Positions 39,366 to 54,318 of a DNA stretch of 64,000 nt are shown one piece after another. The stretch's first letter is position 1; each line of letters opens with the position of its first letter. The position numbers and the translations under genes are program-made. The DNA is from Scenedesmus sp. PABB004 (Eukaryota). The stretch covers positions 558,001 through 622,000 of the forward strand of contig JABVCE010000022.1 in assembly GCA_014905635.1 (NCBI GenBank), written 5' to 3'. The notes beneath the pieces were generated by a model. It ran no database searches. It worked only from the letters and a program-made list of their open reading frames with translations, and was not told the DNA's origin.

Positions 39366-40182
39366 ATGGCGAAGCGCGAGCGCGACGAGAGCGCGGTGGA
39401 GGCGGCGGTCGGCGAGCTGGAGGCGGCGCTCGCGCGCGACGCCGACATGAAGCTGAAGGCCCTGGTCGCGCTGGTGGCGCTGGTGGACTTCAAGGACGAG
39501 GGCTACGCCGCGCAGGTGCGGCGCGGCACGGCGCGGCGCGGCGCGGCGCGGCCGCCACGCTGGCAGCAGCGCCGCCGGCGCCGCCCGCCGCGGCCTGCCG
39601 GCGGCGCTGATCGTGGCGGCGTGCATCGCGGGCGTGCGGACGTGCCAGATCGCGGCTGGGGGCGCGCTGGCTCCCGCCCCGCGCGCTCGGCGGCGCGCCA
39701 ATCCTGACCCGGAGATGCCGGCATTGCGGGGCGCGGCGCCGGCGCCCGCGCCCCGCAGCGCCAAGCCGCGGAGGCTGGCGCGCTGGCGCTGCTGATGCAG
39801 CTGCTGGAGGACGAGAGCGACGCGGTGCGCGTGCAGGCCGCCAAGACGCTGGTGGCGGTCACCAAGCACTCCACGCCCGCCCGCGAGCGCCTCTCCGCGG
39901 GGAAGGGCCTGGGCTTCTCCCAGACGCCCGCCAAGGTGCGGCGCGGCAGGAAGCGGCCGGGCAGGCGGCGGCGCCCGATCACGCGGCGCGGCGCGGCGCC
40001 GCCGCTGCTCGCCTGGCTGGCCAGCCCGGCCGCGATCGACCGCCGTCGCAGGTGGCGCTCAACCCGGTGCAGGACGAGGTCACCGAGCTGGACGGCGCGT
40101 TCAAGTGAGCCGCGCGCGGCCGCCGCGCAGCGCGCACGCCCGCCGCGCGCTCGCCCGCCGCGCGCTCGCCCCTGTGTGCCGC

Positions 40183-40214
<32 letters not shown>

Positions 40215-41251
40215 CCCTGCCCTGCCCCCCGCCGCGGCGTGCAGCCTGCTGACCAACATGCGCTTCAGCGACGACACCGAGATGCAGCAGGCCGGCGCCG
40301 CGGCGCTGGCCGCGATCTGCGCGCTCAACCGGCCCAACACGCTCGCCGCGCTGCGCGAGCTGGTGCACCGCCTGCTGCAGCACGAGCCCAAGGTGCCCCC
40401 GCGCGCGGGCGGCGGGGGGCGCGCGCGTGCGGGGGGCGCGCGCGTGCAGCTGCGGCGCGGCCGCTGCGGCGCGCGCGCCGCCGGCAGCATCGTGACGCGC
40501 GGCCGCCGCCGCCGCGGCGGCCGCCGCGGCGCCGCCGCCAGGCGCTGCTCTCGCTCGAGGACACGCTGGCGGGCCTGGACGTGCGCGACGACATGGCGGT
40601 GCTGCTGGACCAGGCGCTCGTGCCGGCGCTCTCCTTCCTGCGCAACGGCAGCGCGGGCGAGAAGCTCGACGCCGTCACCCTGCTGGGCAGCATCTGCGAG
40701 AAGCGCCCCGGCGCGGCGGCCTTCCTCGTCGCCGAGGGCGCGCTGCCCGCGGCGACCGCGCTGCTCTGCGCGGGTGCGGCGGCCGCGCGCGCCGCCGCGC
40801 GCACCGCCGCCCGGCGCCGCCCGCGCCGCCCGCAGGGGCCGAGTCCGCGCCCGCCCGCCCGCCCGCCCACGCGCACGCAGGCGACCTGTCGGCGTCTGAC
40901 GCCGCGGCGCGCAGCCTGTGGCTGCTGGTCAAGGACAACAAGCGCCTCCTCGCGCCGGGCAAGGACGGCCTGGGCGTGCCGGGCACGTCGCTCGTGGAGC
41001 CGCTGCTGGGCCTGGTCGAGGCGGCGGAGGACCAGGAGGACGAGGAGGACGCCGCGGACGGCGACGCCGGCGACGACGACGACGACGAGCCCCGCGGCGG
41101 CGCCGCGGGGTCGGCGGTGGTCGAGGCCAAGGTGGACAACGGCGACGACGCGCTGCTGCTGCTGCGCGCGCTCGCGGGGCAGGACCCGGACGTGCGCGAC
41201 AAGCTCAAGGGCCAGAGCGACGTGCTCGGCAGCCGCTGCGCGATCATGTGA
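39366..41251 (+). CDS. ARM/HEAT-repeat protein with C-terminal CaaX motif
   Basis: AEAGALALLMQLLEDESDAVRVQAAKTL, LVAEGALPAATALL|GDLSASDAAARSLWLL; ends ...GSRCAIM*. The exon 2 region is uncertain. Confidence 0.75.
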
Positions 41252-41732
41252 GCCGCGCCGGCGGCGGCGCGGGGCCCGGGGGCAGCGGGCGTGCGGCGGG
41301 CGGCGGGCGGGCAGGGTGGCCGGCAGCGCGCGGGCTGGCGGCGTGGCGGCGCACGCCGCCGGGGCAGTGACCGGACGGGCGGGCGGTGACCGGACGGCGT
41401 GGGCGCCTGGACTCAGTTTTGGGGCGCCCGGACCAAGGGATTCGTGGCGGAGCGCTGGGGGGCGCGGAGCATAACAACGGCCGCCGCGCGCGGCGCGGCG
41501 CAGCTGCTGGTGGTAACGCATGCGGCGGGCCTCTCGTGAGCTCGCCTGGCCGCGCGACAGCTGCCCCGGCGCGCGCGCGTGCCGATCCGAGGGACGCCGG
41601 CGGCACTGCCGCGTGGCAAGCGCGGCCGGGCAGCGGTCGGAGAGGTGTAGTCACGCCAGCCCGCCCGCCCGCGCCCGCCCGCCCCTCCCTGGTGTCCCCT
41701 GCTGCACGCCGCCCGCCCGCCCGCGCGCGCGC

Positions 41733-43469
41733 TCACACGACGCCCTGCGGCCGCGCGGCGCCGGCCTTGCCCGCCGTCGGCTCGGCGCCGGCCATGAAGC
41801 GCCGCGCGACGTGGCGCACGCAGCGGAAGCCGAGCCCGCTCTCGTCGCCGATCCCGGGCGTGCCGCTGTAGGTGTAGGGCTCGGCGTAGCCGTGGCTCTC
41901 GTACCAGCCCACGTAGTCGCCGCACTCGGACCGCACCTCGTCGAGCAGCGTCTCAAAGCTGCGCAGCGCGCTCGCGACGATGTCGGCGCCGCAGCTGTCC
42001 TGCAGCTCCGCCTTCTTCTGGTCGAGCCGCTTGTTCGCGAGCTCCCAGAGCTGCAGGTCCTGCTCGTTCACGCTGAGGATGTAGTCGTTCAGCTGCGCCG
42101 GCATGTCCTTGGCCGTCTTGTACTTGCCCGTGCGCACCTGCGGGCGGGGCGGCCAGGGCGCGCGCGTGGGCGCGCGTCGCCGCGGCCGCCGCGGCGGGGC
42201 CCCGCCCGTGCGGCCGCCGCCCGCGCTGCGGCCGCCCGCCCCGCCCCGCTCGCGCCGCCCGCGCGGCACGCCCGGCACGCCCGCCGCAGCGCGCGCCTTG
42301 CTGGGCAGGTATGCGATGTCCTCGTAGGTGAGGCCGTACTCCAGCATGAACACCACCAGCGCTGCGGGGGGCCGCGCGGGTCGGGGCGCGCGGGGCGCGG
42401 GGCGGGCGGCCCCGCGCGGGGCCAGCGGCCGCTGCCGGCGGCCGCTGCCCGGCGCCGCTGCCGTCGCCGCCGCCAGCAGCGCCGCGGCTGCTGCCGTCGC
42501 TGCCGCGCGCGCGTGCCGCGCGTGCCGCGCGTGCCGCGCGTGCCGCGTGTGCCGCGCGCGCGCCGCACCCTCGTTCATGCGCTCCGCGACAAAGATGAAG
42601 TCGTACTGGTCCGCCGCATCCTCCACGGTGTTCGCGTCGCCGCGGATGTACCAGTACATGAGGTTCTGCTGGAACTTGCGCCGCGCAAACTCCCAGCGGC
42701 TCTCGAGCGTGTCGTCGGCGAGCGCCATCTGCCAGTAGGTCGAGTCGTCGCCGCTGTCGCACGCGGACGGCCCCGGCGGGCCGGTGCCGTCGGCGGGCGC
42801 GCCGGGCGTCCAGCCCATCTTCTGGGCGGTCACGAAGCAGAGGTTTTGGATGAAGTGGCTGTGCAGCCGCGACACGGGGTGCCGCACGCTCGTGAAGCGC
42901 ATGAGCGGCTGCTTGAACAGCCCCGCGACCGTCTCGCTGTAGGGGATGTGGCTCGTGATCGCGCTGTGCGCGATGTCCGAGGCCTTGTGCACCGCGCCGA
43001 CCGCGGCGGCCATGGCCGCCTCAAACGGGCTCGGGCGCGGGCCGTCCTTGGGCGCCTGGAACGCGTCCTTGACCGCGTCCCACTTGAGCCACACGACGCC
43101 GTAGTGCACGCAGATGCTGTTGAACACGCTGGACAGCGTGGTGGAGCCGGTCTTGAAGGTCTTGACGTACCAGAAGTTGGTGGGGAAGGGCGTCGTGGTC
43201 GGGAAGGGGCTGTCCGGGTTGGGGCACCACGCCTGGTGCGTCGGCAGCCGCGCGACGCGGTCCTGCCGCACCGGCGCGTCCCGCACGCCGCTGCGGGGGC
43301 CGCTGAGCATCCCGCTGAAGGTCAGCAGCAGGAAGGCGGCGCCCAGGCCGAGCGCCACGTGCAGCGGCCGCATCCCGCCGCCGCCCGCCGGCGCGCGCCG
43401 CCCGCGCCGCCCGCTGGGGCTGCTCTGCTGCTCGCCGGCTCCGCCTGGCAGTAAGGAAGGCTCGGGCAT
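41733..43469 (-). CDS. Galactose-3-O-sulfotransferase-like Golgi sulfotransferase (3 exons)
   Basis: N-terminal TM (LHVALGLGAAFLLLTF), PAPS-binding motifs YVKTFKTGSTTL and SVRHPVSRLHSHF, plus YDFIFVAERMNE and NEQDLQLWELANKRL. Confidence 0.85.
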   Translation of the reverse strand: MPEPSLLPGGAGEQQSSPSGRRGRRAPAGGGGMRPLHVALGLGAAFLLLTFSGMLSGPRSGVRDAPVRQDRVARLPTHQAWCPNPDSPFPTTTPFPTNFWYVKTFKTGSTTLSSVFNSICVHYGVVWLKWDAVKDAFQAPKDGPRPSPFEAAMAAAVGAVHKASDIAHSAITSHIPYSETVAGLFKQPLMRFTSVRHPVSRLHSHFIQNLCFVTAQKMGWTPGAPADGTGPPGPSACDSGDDSTYWQMALADDTLESRWEFARRKFQQNLMYWYIRGDANTVEDAADQYDFIFVAERMNEGAARARHTRHARHARHARHARAAATAAAAALLAAATAAAPGSGRRQRPLAPRGAARPAPRAPRPARPPAALVVFMLEYGLTYEDIAYLPSKARAAAGVPGVPRGRRERGGAGGRSAGGGRTGGAPPRRPRRRAPTRAPWPPRPQVRTGKYKTAKDMPAQLNDYILSVNEQDLQLWELANKRLDQKKAELQDSCGADIVASALRSFETLLDEVRSECGDYVGWYESHGYAEPYTYSGTPGIGDESGLGFRCVRHVARRFMAGAEPTAGKAGAARPQGVV

Positions 43470-44211
43470 GCACGGGAGTGGCGCAGCGGGCAGGCGCGCG
43501 GTGGGGGGCGGTTATCGGCTGGCGCGCAACGGGCTGCGCGTTGCCACGCGGGGGCTGGTCGCTGCGCGCGCACGGGAGCCTTCTTCTGACGCTCGCGCGC
43601 TGCTGGGGGCAGCGGTGGGGCGAGCAAGCGGCGGGGCAGCGCGCGGGGCTTAAGAGCGGGCGGCGCGCTTCTCTCAGCTCGTTCCGTGACCGGGAGCTGG
43701 ACCTGCCGCTCGCGGGAGCTCGGAGGCGACTGCCAGCGAGCTGCGGCGAGCTGAGGCGGGCAGCTGCTGCTCGCAACAGCGGCGGCCAGCGCTGGCTGCA
43801 CGTGGGATCGTCGGTTGCACCACAGATCAGCAAAGGCGCGGCAGACAAAGCAAGGGATGCGGTGCATGTGCAGCAGGGCAGCCGCAGTGATTCAGCGCTT
43901 GGCCCTGGCTGCGCGCCGGCCATCAAATCGCCGCCTAGCTACCAGCGCACTAGGCGTCGCCACCGCTGCTGCGGCGCGGCGCCGCGGCCGCGGGCCGGCC
44001 TCGGCGGCCCCCCACAGCAGCGCCCACCGCGCTCGCTGGAAAAAAGGACGCGCGTGCGGGGGGGGGGGGGCATGTTGGCGTGCTCGCGCGTCTCTGCCGC
44101 TCGCACCGCGTGCTTGCCTGCGGGCTCGCTCAAGGCCCCAGCCCTGCTGACCAGCGCTCTGCCCGGCCGCGCCAGCCGCGCCAGCAGGCCTGTGCGGCCG
44201 CGCGCGGCGGG

Positions 44212-46021
44212 TCAGGCCTCGTGCGCGAAGCCGTGCCCCGCGCGGCGCTGCAGCTCGTTGACCAGCTCCTCGCCCAGGTCGCCGGCCTCGTTCTCCGCGT
44301 CAAACCAGTGGCTCGGGCTGCAGGCGATCTTGCACTTTTTGATGCCGCTCGCGGGCGCGTGGATGATGAGCGCGTTGGCGTTGACCACGGCGGGGACGAA
44401 GCTGTAGCCGCTCTTGGACATGATGAAGATGTCGGCCGTCCACATCTGGTGCCACGTCCAGAGCAGGTCGGAGTCAAACAGCAGCGTGAGGTTGGGGACC
44501 TCGCGCCGGATCAGCGCCAGCTCTTCGTGCTCCCGCACGCTCGTCGCAGGCTCGGTGAACCACTCGACGCTGTAGTCCTGGCCCAGGCCCTCCAGCTCCT
44601 GCGTGGACCGCGGCGGGCGCGGCGGCGCGTCGGCGGGCACGCCGGCGCGCGGCGGCAGCGCCCGCTGCCGCGCTGCCCGCTCCCCAGCGGGCGCCCGCTC
44701 CCCCCGCGCGCCGCGCCGCCCCGCGCCTTGATGAGGTTTTTGACCACGTTTGTGTAGTACGTCGCCGGCAGCTCGCGCTTTGCCGACGCGGTTGCCAGGT
44801 CGCCGCGGCGCATGTGTACGACGATGCGGCAGCTGCGCGACCGCGTGAGCAGCCACGACGGCTGCAGGCTGGTGGCGTTGGTGCTCACCTGCGGCGGCGA
44901 CGGGGCGGCGGCGGCGGTGCCGGTGGCGTGAGCGCATGGCGGCGGCGGCTGGCCGGGCGGGCGCCGGCGTGCCGCGCCGCCCGCGCGGCGGCGGCGCGGC
45001 GCCCGCGCTCACCCGCGCCACGCGGGCGGCGCTGCCGCGGCGCGGGGCGCCGCCGGGGCTCACCCTGTCCTCGGGCGGGCTCGCTGGGCGCCAGGCGGGC
45101 ACATGGTAGAAGATGTCTGGGCAGACGCTGATGAACTCGTCGACCAGCTCCAGCTTGACCAGCGTCGGGCGGCGCGCGCGCAGCGCGGTCGCGGTGATGT
45201 TGGCGAGGCGCGCCCAGTCGCCGCGGAAGACGTACGCCACGTCCCAGGCGCTCGTGTTGGCGCGCGTGGACGTGGGCAGGTGGATGTGGCGGCTGATGCG
45301 CGCGAGCTTGTGCAGGTCGGGCGGCGGCAGGTGGTCGCACCGCATGTTGCGGTAGTGCGGCACGCCGCCGATGTGCCCGATGCACTCAAACGGCGAGTGC
45401 ACGTAGGGGATGCCGAGCGCGTGCGCGACGGCGTACACGCCCAGCATGCGCGCGGTCTGGCTGCCGAGGCCGTCCCGGATTTTCAGCCCGTACGTGACCG
45501 CCACGTTCTCGCGCACCCAGGGGTCGTCAAACACCGCGTCCCGGGGGCAGCCGTACACCGTGCGCCGCTCCGCCGCCGGCGTGGGCGCGCCAAACTGCGC
45601 GAGCGCGCGGCCGGCGCCGGCGCCGGCGGCCGCGCCGCCGTGGGCGCGCGCCTGCGACGCGGGCGGCGGCGGCGGCGGCGGCGGCGGGCCGGCGGCGGCA
45701 TGAGCGGTGGGCTTCTAGCGGGCTGGCTGCTGGCTGCTGGATGCTGGCTGCTGGCTGCTGGCCGCTGGCTGCTGGCTGCTGCGGCGGCCAGCGGAGCTGG
45801 ATCCACCGCCGGCGGACGCGCAGCGCGCGCCGCGCCGTGCCCGCGAGGCTGCGGCAGCCCGGTCTCGAGCCGCTGGCAGCCTTTCCCAGCCTCAGGCCCT
45901 CCCAGCGACCGCCCGGCCTCACCAGGGGCGCCCAGGCGGCGAGGGCCAGCAGCAGAGAGGCCAGGCACGCCGTCCGTCGCCCGGCAGCCAGCTGCAGGTC
46001 GGGTCCGACATGGCGGTGCAT
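44212..46021 (-). CDS. Fucosyltransferase-like glycosyltransferase (GT11/GT23-type motifs), 4 exons
   Basis: Signal/TM ACLASLLLALAAWAPL, DGLGSQ..GVYAVAHALGIPYVHSPF, VVHMRRGD and ADIFIMSKSGYSF motifs. Confidence 0.75.
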
Positions 46022-46440
46022 CTAACTACTCGCGTGACCCGCCCGGAGCCACGGCGCGGCCCGGGCGTGGCTGCTGGCGGGCTACCGCGATGCCTCGCTC
46101 CTCGCACGTCGCGGCGCCGCCGCGGGCGGGCGCCCTCCTGGGCAGCGCCAGCAGCGGATTCTCGTGCTCTTAACGGCCCTGCGGGCCTCAGGGCGGCGCG
46201 TTCGCGAGGCGGCAGTACGCGGGCCGCGCGCGGCGAGCGGCGTGCGAGCTGGGTGTCGTGCGTCGCCCGGCGAGTCGACGTTTTCTCCAGAGCATCACCA
46301 CACCCAGCGCGTGGCGTGCTGGCGGTCCCTGCGCTGGGCCCTGCGCCCGCCCGCCGGGCTGCCGTGCGCCACCGCTGCCGCCGCGCAGCGCCCCGGCCGC
46401 TCGTCGCAGCTGCCGCGCGCGAGATGAGGGAATCACAGAG

Positions 46441-46445
46441 TTACA
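46441..46445 (-). terminator. TGTAA polyadenylation signal of PCF11
   Basis: ttaca on the + strand, ~120 nt downstream of the PCF11 stop. Confidence 0.55.
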
Positions 46446-46562
46446 CGCAGCGTCAGCACGCCGAGCATTCGCGGCTCGGCGGCCGCACACGTGCGGGGCA
46501 CGCGGGGCTGGCGTCCCACCTCAGGGCCGGCGGCGGGGCAATGCCCCCGCCGCTGCTCCAGC

Positions 46563-49519
46563 TCAGCCCGCGCCCGACTCCAGCTTGGCGCGCTTGGCGG
46601 CGGAGCCCACCGCCTCCGCCTCGCGCTTGACGCCCGCCGCGGCGCCAGGCTCCGCCTTGACCGCCGGCGGCTCGTCCTCCAGCTTCACGGCGGCGCCGGC
46701 GGGCGGCGCCGGCGCCGCGCCGGCGCCGGCCTCTGCCGCGCCCGCCTGGACGCCGCCGCCGGCGTCCGCGCGGCCGGCCGCCGGCGCGCCCGCGGCGGCT
46801 GCCGCGATCTGCTGCTGCTCGTCCAGCCCGCCGCCGCCGCCGCCCTCGGCCGCCGCGGCCGCGAGCGCGTCGGCGCCGCTGCCCAGGCCCGCCTCGGCGA
46901 GGCACTTGACCTTGACGAGCGACCCGTCGGCCACGCCGTAGCGGGCCGCCTCGGCGCCGTGGATGCGCGCGGCGCCGCGGAAGAACCAGGCCTCGCGCTC
47001 CTGGTCAAACACCTTGTCAAACGCCTCCCCGCTGATCGCGCAGCACGGCTGCTCCGGGTCCTCCGGCTCCAGCGCCGCCGCCTCCTCGCCGCTCGCGCCG
47101 GCAGCCTGCGCGGGCGGCGGGAGCACGGACGCGTGCGTGGCGGGGCACGCTGCCAGGGCGGCGGTGCCGTGCCGGCCGCAGGCGCGGCGCGCGCGCGCAC
47201 GCGCGCCCTCTGCGCCATCGCCACCACGGTGGCGGCGCCCGCACCTGCGCCTCCTCCTCGAACGGGTTGTGCGCCGCCGCCTCGCCCGTGGCGGCGGTGC
47301 CGGCGATCCAGGTGTCAACGGCGAGGTACCATGCGCGGCTGACGCCGCCCCCCGCCGCCGCGGTGCGGCGCTTGTTGCGCTGGAACTCGACGTCCCGGAA
47401 CCGAGGGCGGCTGAGCTTGGACAGCGCCGCGAGCTGCGCCAGCGCGGCGGGGTGCAGCTCCTGCGCGCGGCGGCGGGCGGCGCGCGTGTCGGCGGCGGCG
47501 GCCCCGCAGCTGCTGCCAGCTGCCCAGGCTGCCCGGTCTGCGTCGCTGGCGCTGTGGCTGCGCCTGCCAGGCTGTCCGGCTGCCCCTGGCGCTGCTGCCC
47601 GCCCAGCCCGCCAGCTCCCCGCCCCGGGAGCCACCGGTGGCGCCGCGACGGGAGTGAGTTGCGGGCGGTGAGGCAAGGCGTCTGGGCGCGGCCCAGGGCC
47701 AGCCGAGCGCCCAGCCGCAGTGCGGGCGGGGCGCGCGGGCCATCGCGCTTGCCCGCGGCCGCAGCGCGGCCCTGTGGGCCCCGCCGAGCACGCCGGGAGC
47801 CGCTGGCGCCCCCTGAACGCTGACGGCGCCAGCGATCGGGCGGCCGCGACCTGGTGTGCGCCCAGCGGCGCGCGCGCTGCCGGCACCGCCGGCGGCGGCG
47901 CCGCGCGGCGGCGGAGGGGCTGCCAGCCCGCGTCACAGAACGCCGGTGCGCCCCGAACACCGCTGGCGGCGTCACACGTCTCGCACGGTGGCGCCGCCGC
48001 CTGGGCGGGGCTCGACGGCGCTTGCTCGCCGCCGGCTTGGGGGTCGGCGAGCTTGGCCGGCGGCCGCCGTCGCGCGTTGCCGCCGTTGCCGCCGGCCGCC
48101 ACCTGCGCCGCGGGCGCCGCCCGCCCACGCGGCCCCCGCTCGCGCCGCACCTGCCCCCACGCCCCGAGCGCCACGCGCCTGCGGCCCTCCGCGGCCGCCC
48201 CCGCCCGCCCGGCCCGTCGCCCCGCAGCGGCCCGCTGCGCCGGCCCGCTGGCGCTGCGCTGCTGCCGGCCGTCGCTGCCGCTGCCGCTGCCGCTGCCGCG
48301 CTCGGCGCCGCACGCACCTTGAGGAAGGCGGCGCTGAACTCTGTCGTCTTCACCGCCTCCGCGTCCGCCTCCCTCGATGTGGCGCCGCCGCCCGTGGCCA
48401 GGCTGCTCAGCAGCTTGTCGAGCGCGTCGCTGGTGAGCTCGGTCGAGCGCGGCGGCTGCGAGGGGCTCTTGCGCCCCCCGCCCGGCGGCGGCGGCCCCGG
48501 CAGCGCGTCCAGCTGGTGGTGCACCGGCGCCGCGGGCGAGCGAGGCATCGCGGGCGAGCGCCGCACCATCGGCCCGTGCGCGCCGGTCGGCGCCGCGGCG
48601 GCCTGGCCGGGCGGCAGCGGCGCGACCTGCGCCGGCGCGAGCTGCCCGAGGTGCGGCTGCGGCAGCGCGCCGACGGGCACGAGCTGGCCGTTGATCGAGA
48701 CGTACGCCGTCGCGACCTGCGGCGCGAGGTAGCCCTGCTGCGGCAGGCCGACGTACGCGGGTCCGCCGAGCACCGCGACGCCGGGGTGGTGGTACCCCAG
48801 CACCTGCTGCTGCTGCTGCTGCTGCTGCAACTGCAGCTGCTGGTGCTGCTGCTGCAGCACCAGCTGCTGCTGCTGCGACGTGAGCGGCGCCGCCGCCGCC
48901 ACTGCGCCGCCGCCGCTGCTGGCCATGCGCTGCCGCACGCGCGCGAGCGTGTCGGCGCCGAGCACGCCCGTCCACGTGCCGAACAGCTTACTCAGCGCGG
49001 GGCGCTTGTCCTGCAGCGTGCTGTCCCAGACGGCGCCAAACACCTGCGCCGGTGCGCCGCGCGGGCGCGCGTCGCGGCGCGGCGCGGCGGCCGCGGCAGC
49101 AGCAGCGGCGGCGGCAGCCGGGCGCGATCCCGCGCGCCCGGGGCCCGCCGCGGCGCCGCGGCGCACCTCCGGCAGCCGCGCGGAGAAGGCGGCCTTGAAG
49201 GGGTCGCCCACGTTCTTGATGATGCTGTCCACGAGGTACAGCGCCGGCAGCTTGGCCGGGGGCGGGCACTGCGGGCCGGCCACGCCGCGCCGCGGCGCGC
49301 GCGTGGGCGGGGGCGTGCACCCGGGGCAGAGCCAGCGCGGGAGCGGGCGCGCAGGCCGCGGGGGCGCACCGTGAGGATGTGGCGCTCGAGGCAGCCCACG
49401 ATGCCCTCCGCGAAGGCCTTGTTGTCCTCGGCAAGCATGGTGAGCGTGTTGATGCGCGTCTTGTCGTTGCGCTGCAGCCCCCGCAGCGCCGAGCCGTACT
49501 CGGCCAGGAACTCCTGCAT
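46563..49519 (-). CDS. PCF11: PCF11-like cleavage/polyadenylation factor (CID domain)
   Basis: YGSALRGLQRNDKTRINTLTMLAEDN..|CPPPAKLPALYLVDSIIKNVGDPF, SRAWYLAVDTWI and DPEQPCCAISGEAFDKVFDQEREAWFFRGA. Confidence 0.9.
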
Positions 49520-49764
49520 CGCGCCGCTGCCGCCGCCCGCCGCTGCCTGCTGGCGCTCAGGCGCCCATGCCCGCGTCGCGTGCGTGTGCGTGCGTGCGTG
49601 CGTTTGAGGGTTGCAGAAGCGGTGTGTGGCGTCGTTGGGCGGCGCGCGGGCGGGTTTGGAAGCGCGGTGCGGCGGCGCTTCTGCGGTGCGCGACGTCACA
49701 CGGGCGCGCCGTCGCGGGGGTGTGGCGGCCATGCGGCCGCTCACGCCGGCGCCGCCGCGGCGCC

Positions 49765-52714
<2,950 letters not shown>

Positions 52715-53007
52715 CACGGCCCGCTGCGCCTGGCGAGGGCTCCTCGGGATGCTGCTGCTGCTGCCCCGACGGTGAGAGCGCGTGGGCGCCGCGCGGCGGT
52801 CGCAGGCTCGCGGCGACGTTTTGGCGGGACCGATCGTGGGGCGGGCGTGGCCGCCAGGTTGACGCGCCGGGGTTCGACGACGGCGGCGCCGGCCGCGGCG
52901 CAAGGAGGGGTGCGGCGCCGCCGCTGGCGGCGGTCAGTTCCCCGCCGCCGCCGTGCATCCCCGCCGCCGTTCGACCGCCGCCAGGACAGCGGCAGCGGTG
53001 GGCGCCG

Positions 53008-53470
53008 ATGTCGGACGCGGAGCCGCTCGTGTACGAGCCGCTGCCGCAGCGCGACGCCGCGCGCACCAAGCGGCGCCGGCGCGAGCCGCCGGCGGCCGCC
53101 GCTGCGGCAGCCGATCAAGCCGCCGCCGCAGCCAGCGCTGTCGTCGCCGCCGCGCCGGCGCAGCCGGCGGCGGCACAGCAGGAGCCGGCGGCGGCGGAGC
53201 AGCTGCAGGAGCAGCCGCCGGGGCAGGCGGGCGAGGCAGAGCAGCAGCCGCACGAGCAGCCGCCGCTGGACCGCGAGCCGGCGCCGGAGCAGCAGCAGCA
53301 GCAGGAGCTCGAGCAGGATCGTAGACAGCAGCCGGAGCAGGAGCAGGAGCAGCTGTGCGAGCCGCCGCCAGCGTACCGCTCGGCGGCCGTGGGCGCGCAC
53401 AAGTTTGAGTGTGCGCGCCCCGCGTGCGCTCGCTGCCGCAGCCGCCCCGCGCCGCCCGGAGCCCGCCCCA

Positions 53471-53545
<75 letters not shown>

Positions 53546-54318
53546 GCCGCGCCGCAGACCTGGACCACACCGCCGACGTGCAGCTGCACGCCTGTGAGCG
53601 CGCCGCCGGCGCCGCACGCGCCCGCAGCCCGCCGCGCGGCCGCGCCCACTCTCGCCGCGCGCGCCGCCGCGTCGCCGCGTCGCACGCCGCCGCGCGCGCC
53701 CGCTCCGCCGCAGGGGGCGCGAGCCTGGGTGAGGCGTTTGAGCAGGTTGGCCTGGCGCTCTTCAACTACATGACGCCCATCGATGCCCTCGCCGACGACC
53801 CCGCCTGCACGCGGTGCGCGCAGCGCGCCAGGGGCGCGGCGCAGCGCGCGGCAGCGCCAACCACGCGCGCGGCTGGCGCGGCCGCGTGGCGCCCGACCGC
53901 GCCGCGCGCGCCGCGCCGCGCGCCGCGGCGCGCAGCGAGCTGCGCGCGTGCGGGCACGACCTCCACTCGCTGCTCTACAACTGGCTGGACGAGCTGCTGG
54001 GCGTGTACTGCGCCGACTACACGATGCTGCGGTCCATCACCGTCACAGCGCTCGACGACGCCGCGTTCACCATCACCGCGACCGGGTGCGCCGGGGGGCG
54101 GCCCAGAGCGGCGAGGCGCTGGGCGGCGCGGTGGTGGCGGCGCGGGGCGCCTGCGCGCGCCCGCACTGACGACCGGGCGACGCGTGCGCAGGCGCGGCGA
54201 GCGCTTTGACCGGTCGCGGCACGAGGCGGGCACGGAGGTGAAGGCGATCACGTACAGCGCGATGCAGGTGTCGGTGTCGCCGGGCGACGCCGAGGTCTTT
54301 GTCATTGTGGACATCTGA
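53008..54318 (+). CDS. Archease (RtcB ligase cofactor) with Gln/Glu/Pro-rich N-terminal extension
   Basis: KFE|YLDHTADVQLHA|WGASLGEAFEQVGLALFNYMT, GHDLHSLLYNWLDELL and GTEVKAITYSAMQV..EVFVIVDI*. Confidence 0.95.
53472..53544. repeat. (CCG)n trinucleotide tract at the 3' end of archease intron 1
   Basis: Uninterrupted gcc/ccg run of ~24 units just before the CGCAG acceptor. Confidence 0.9.
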
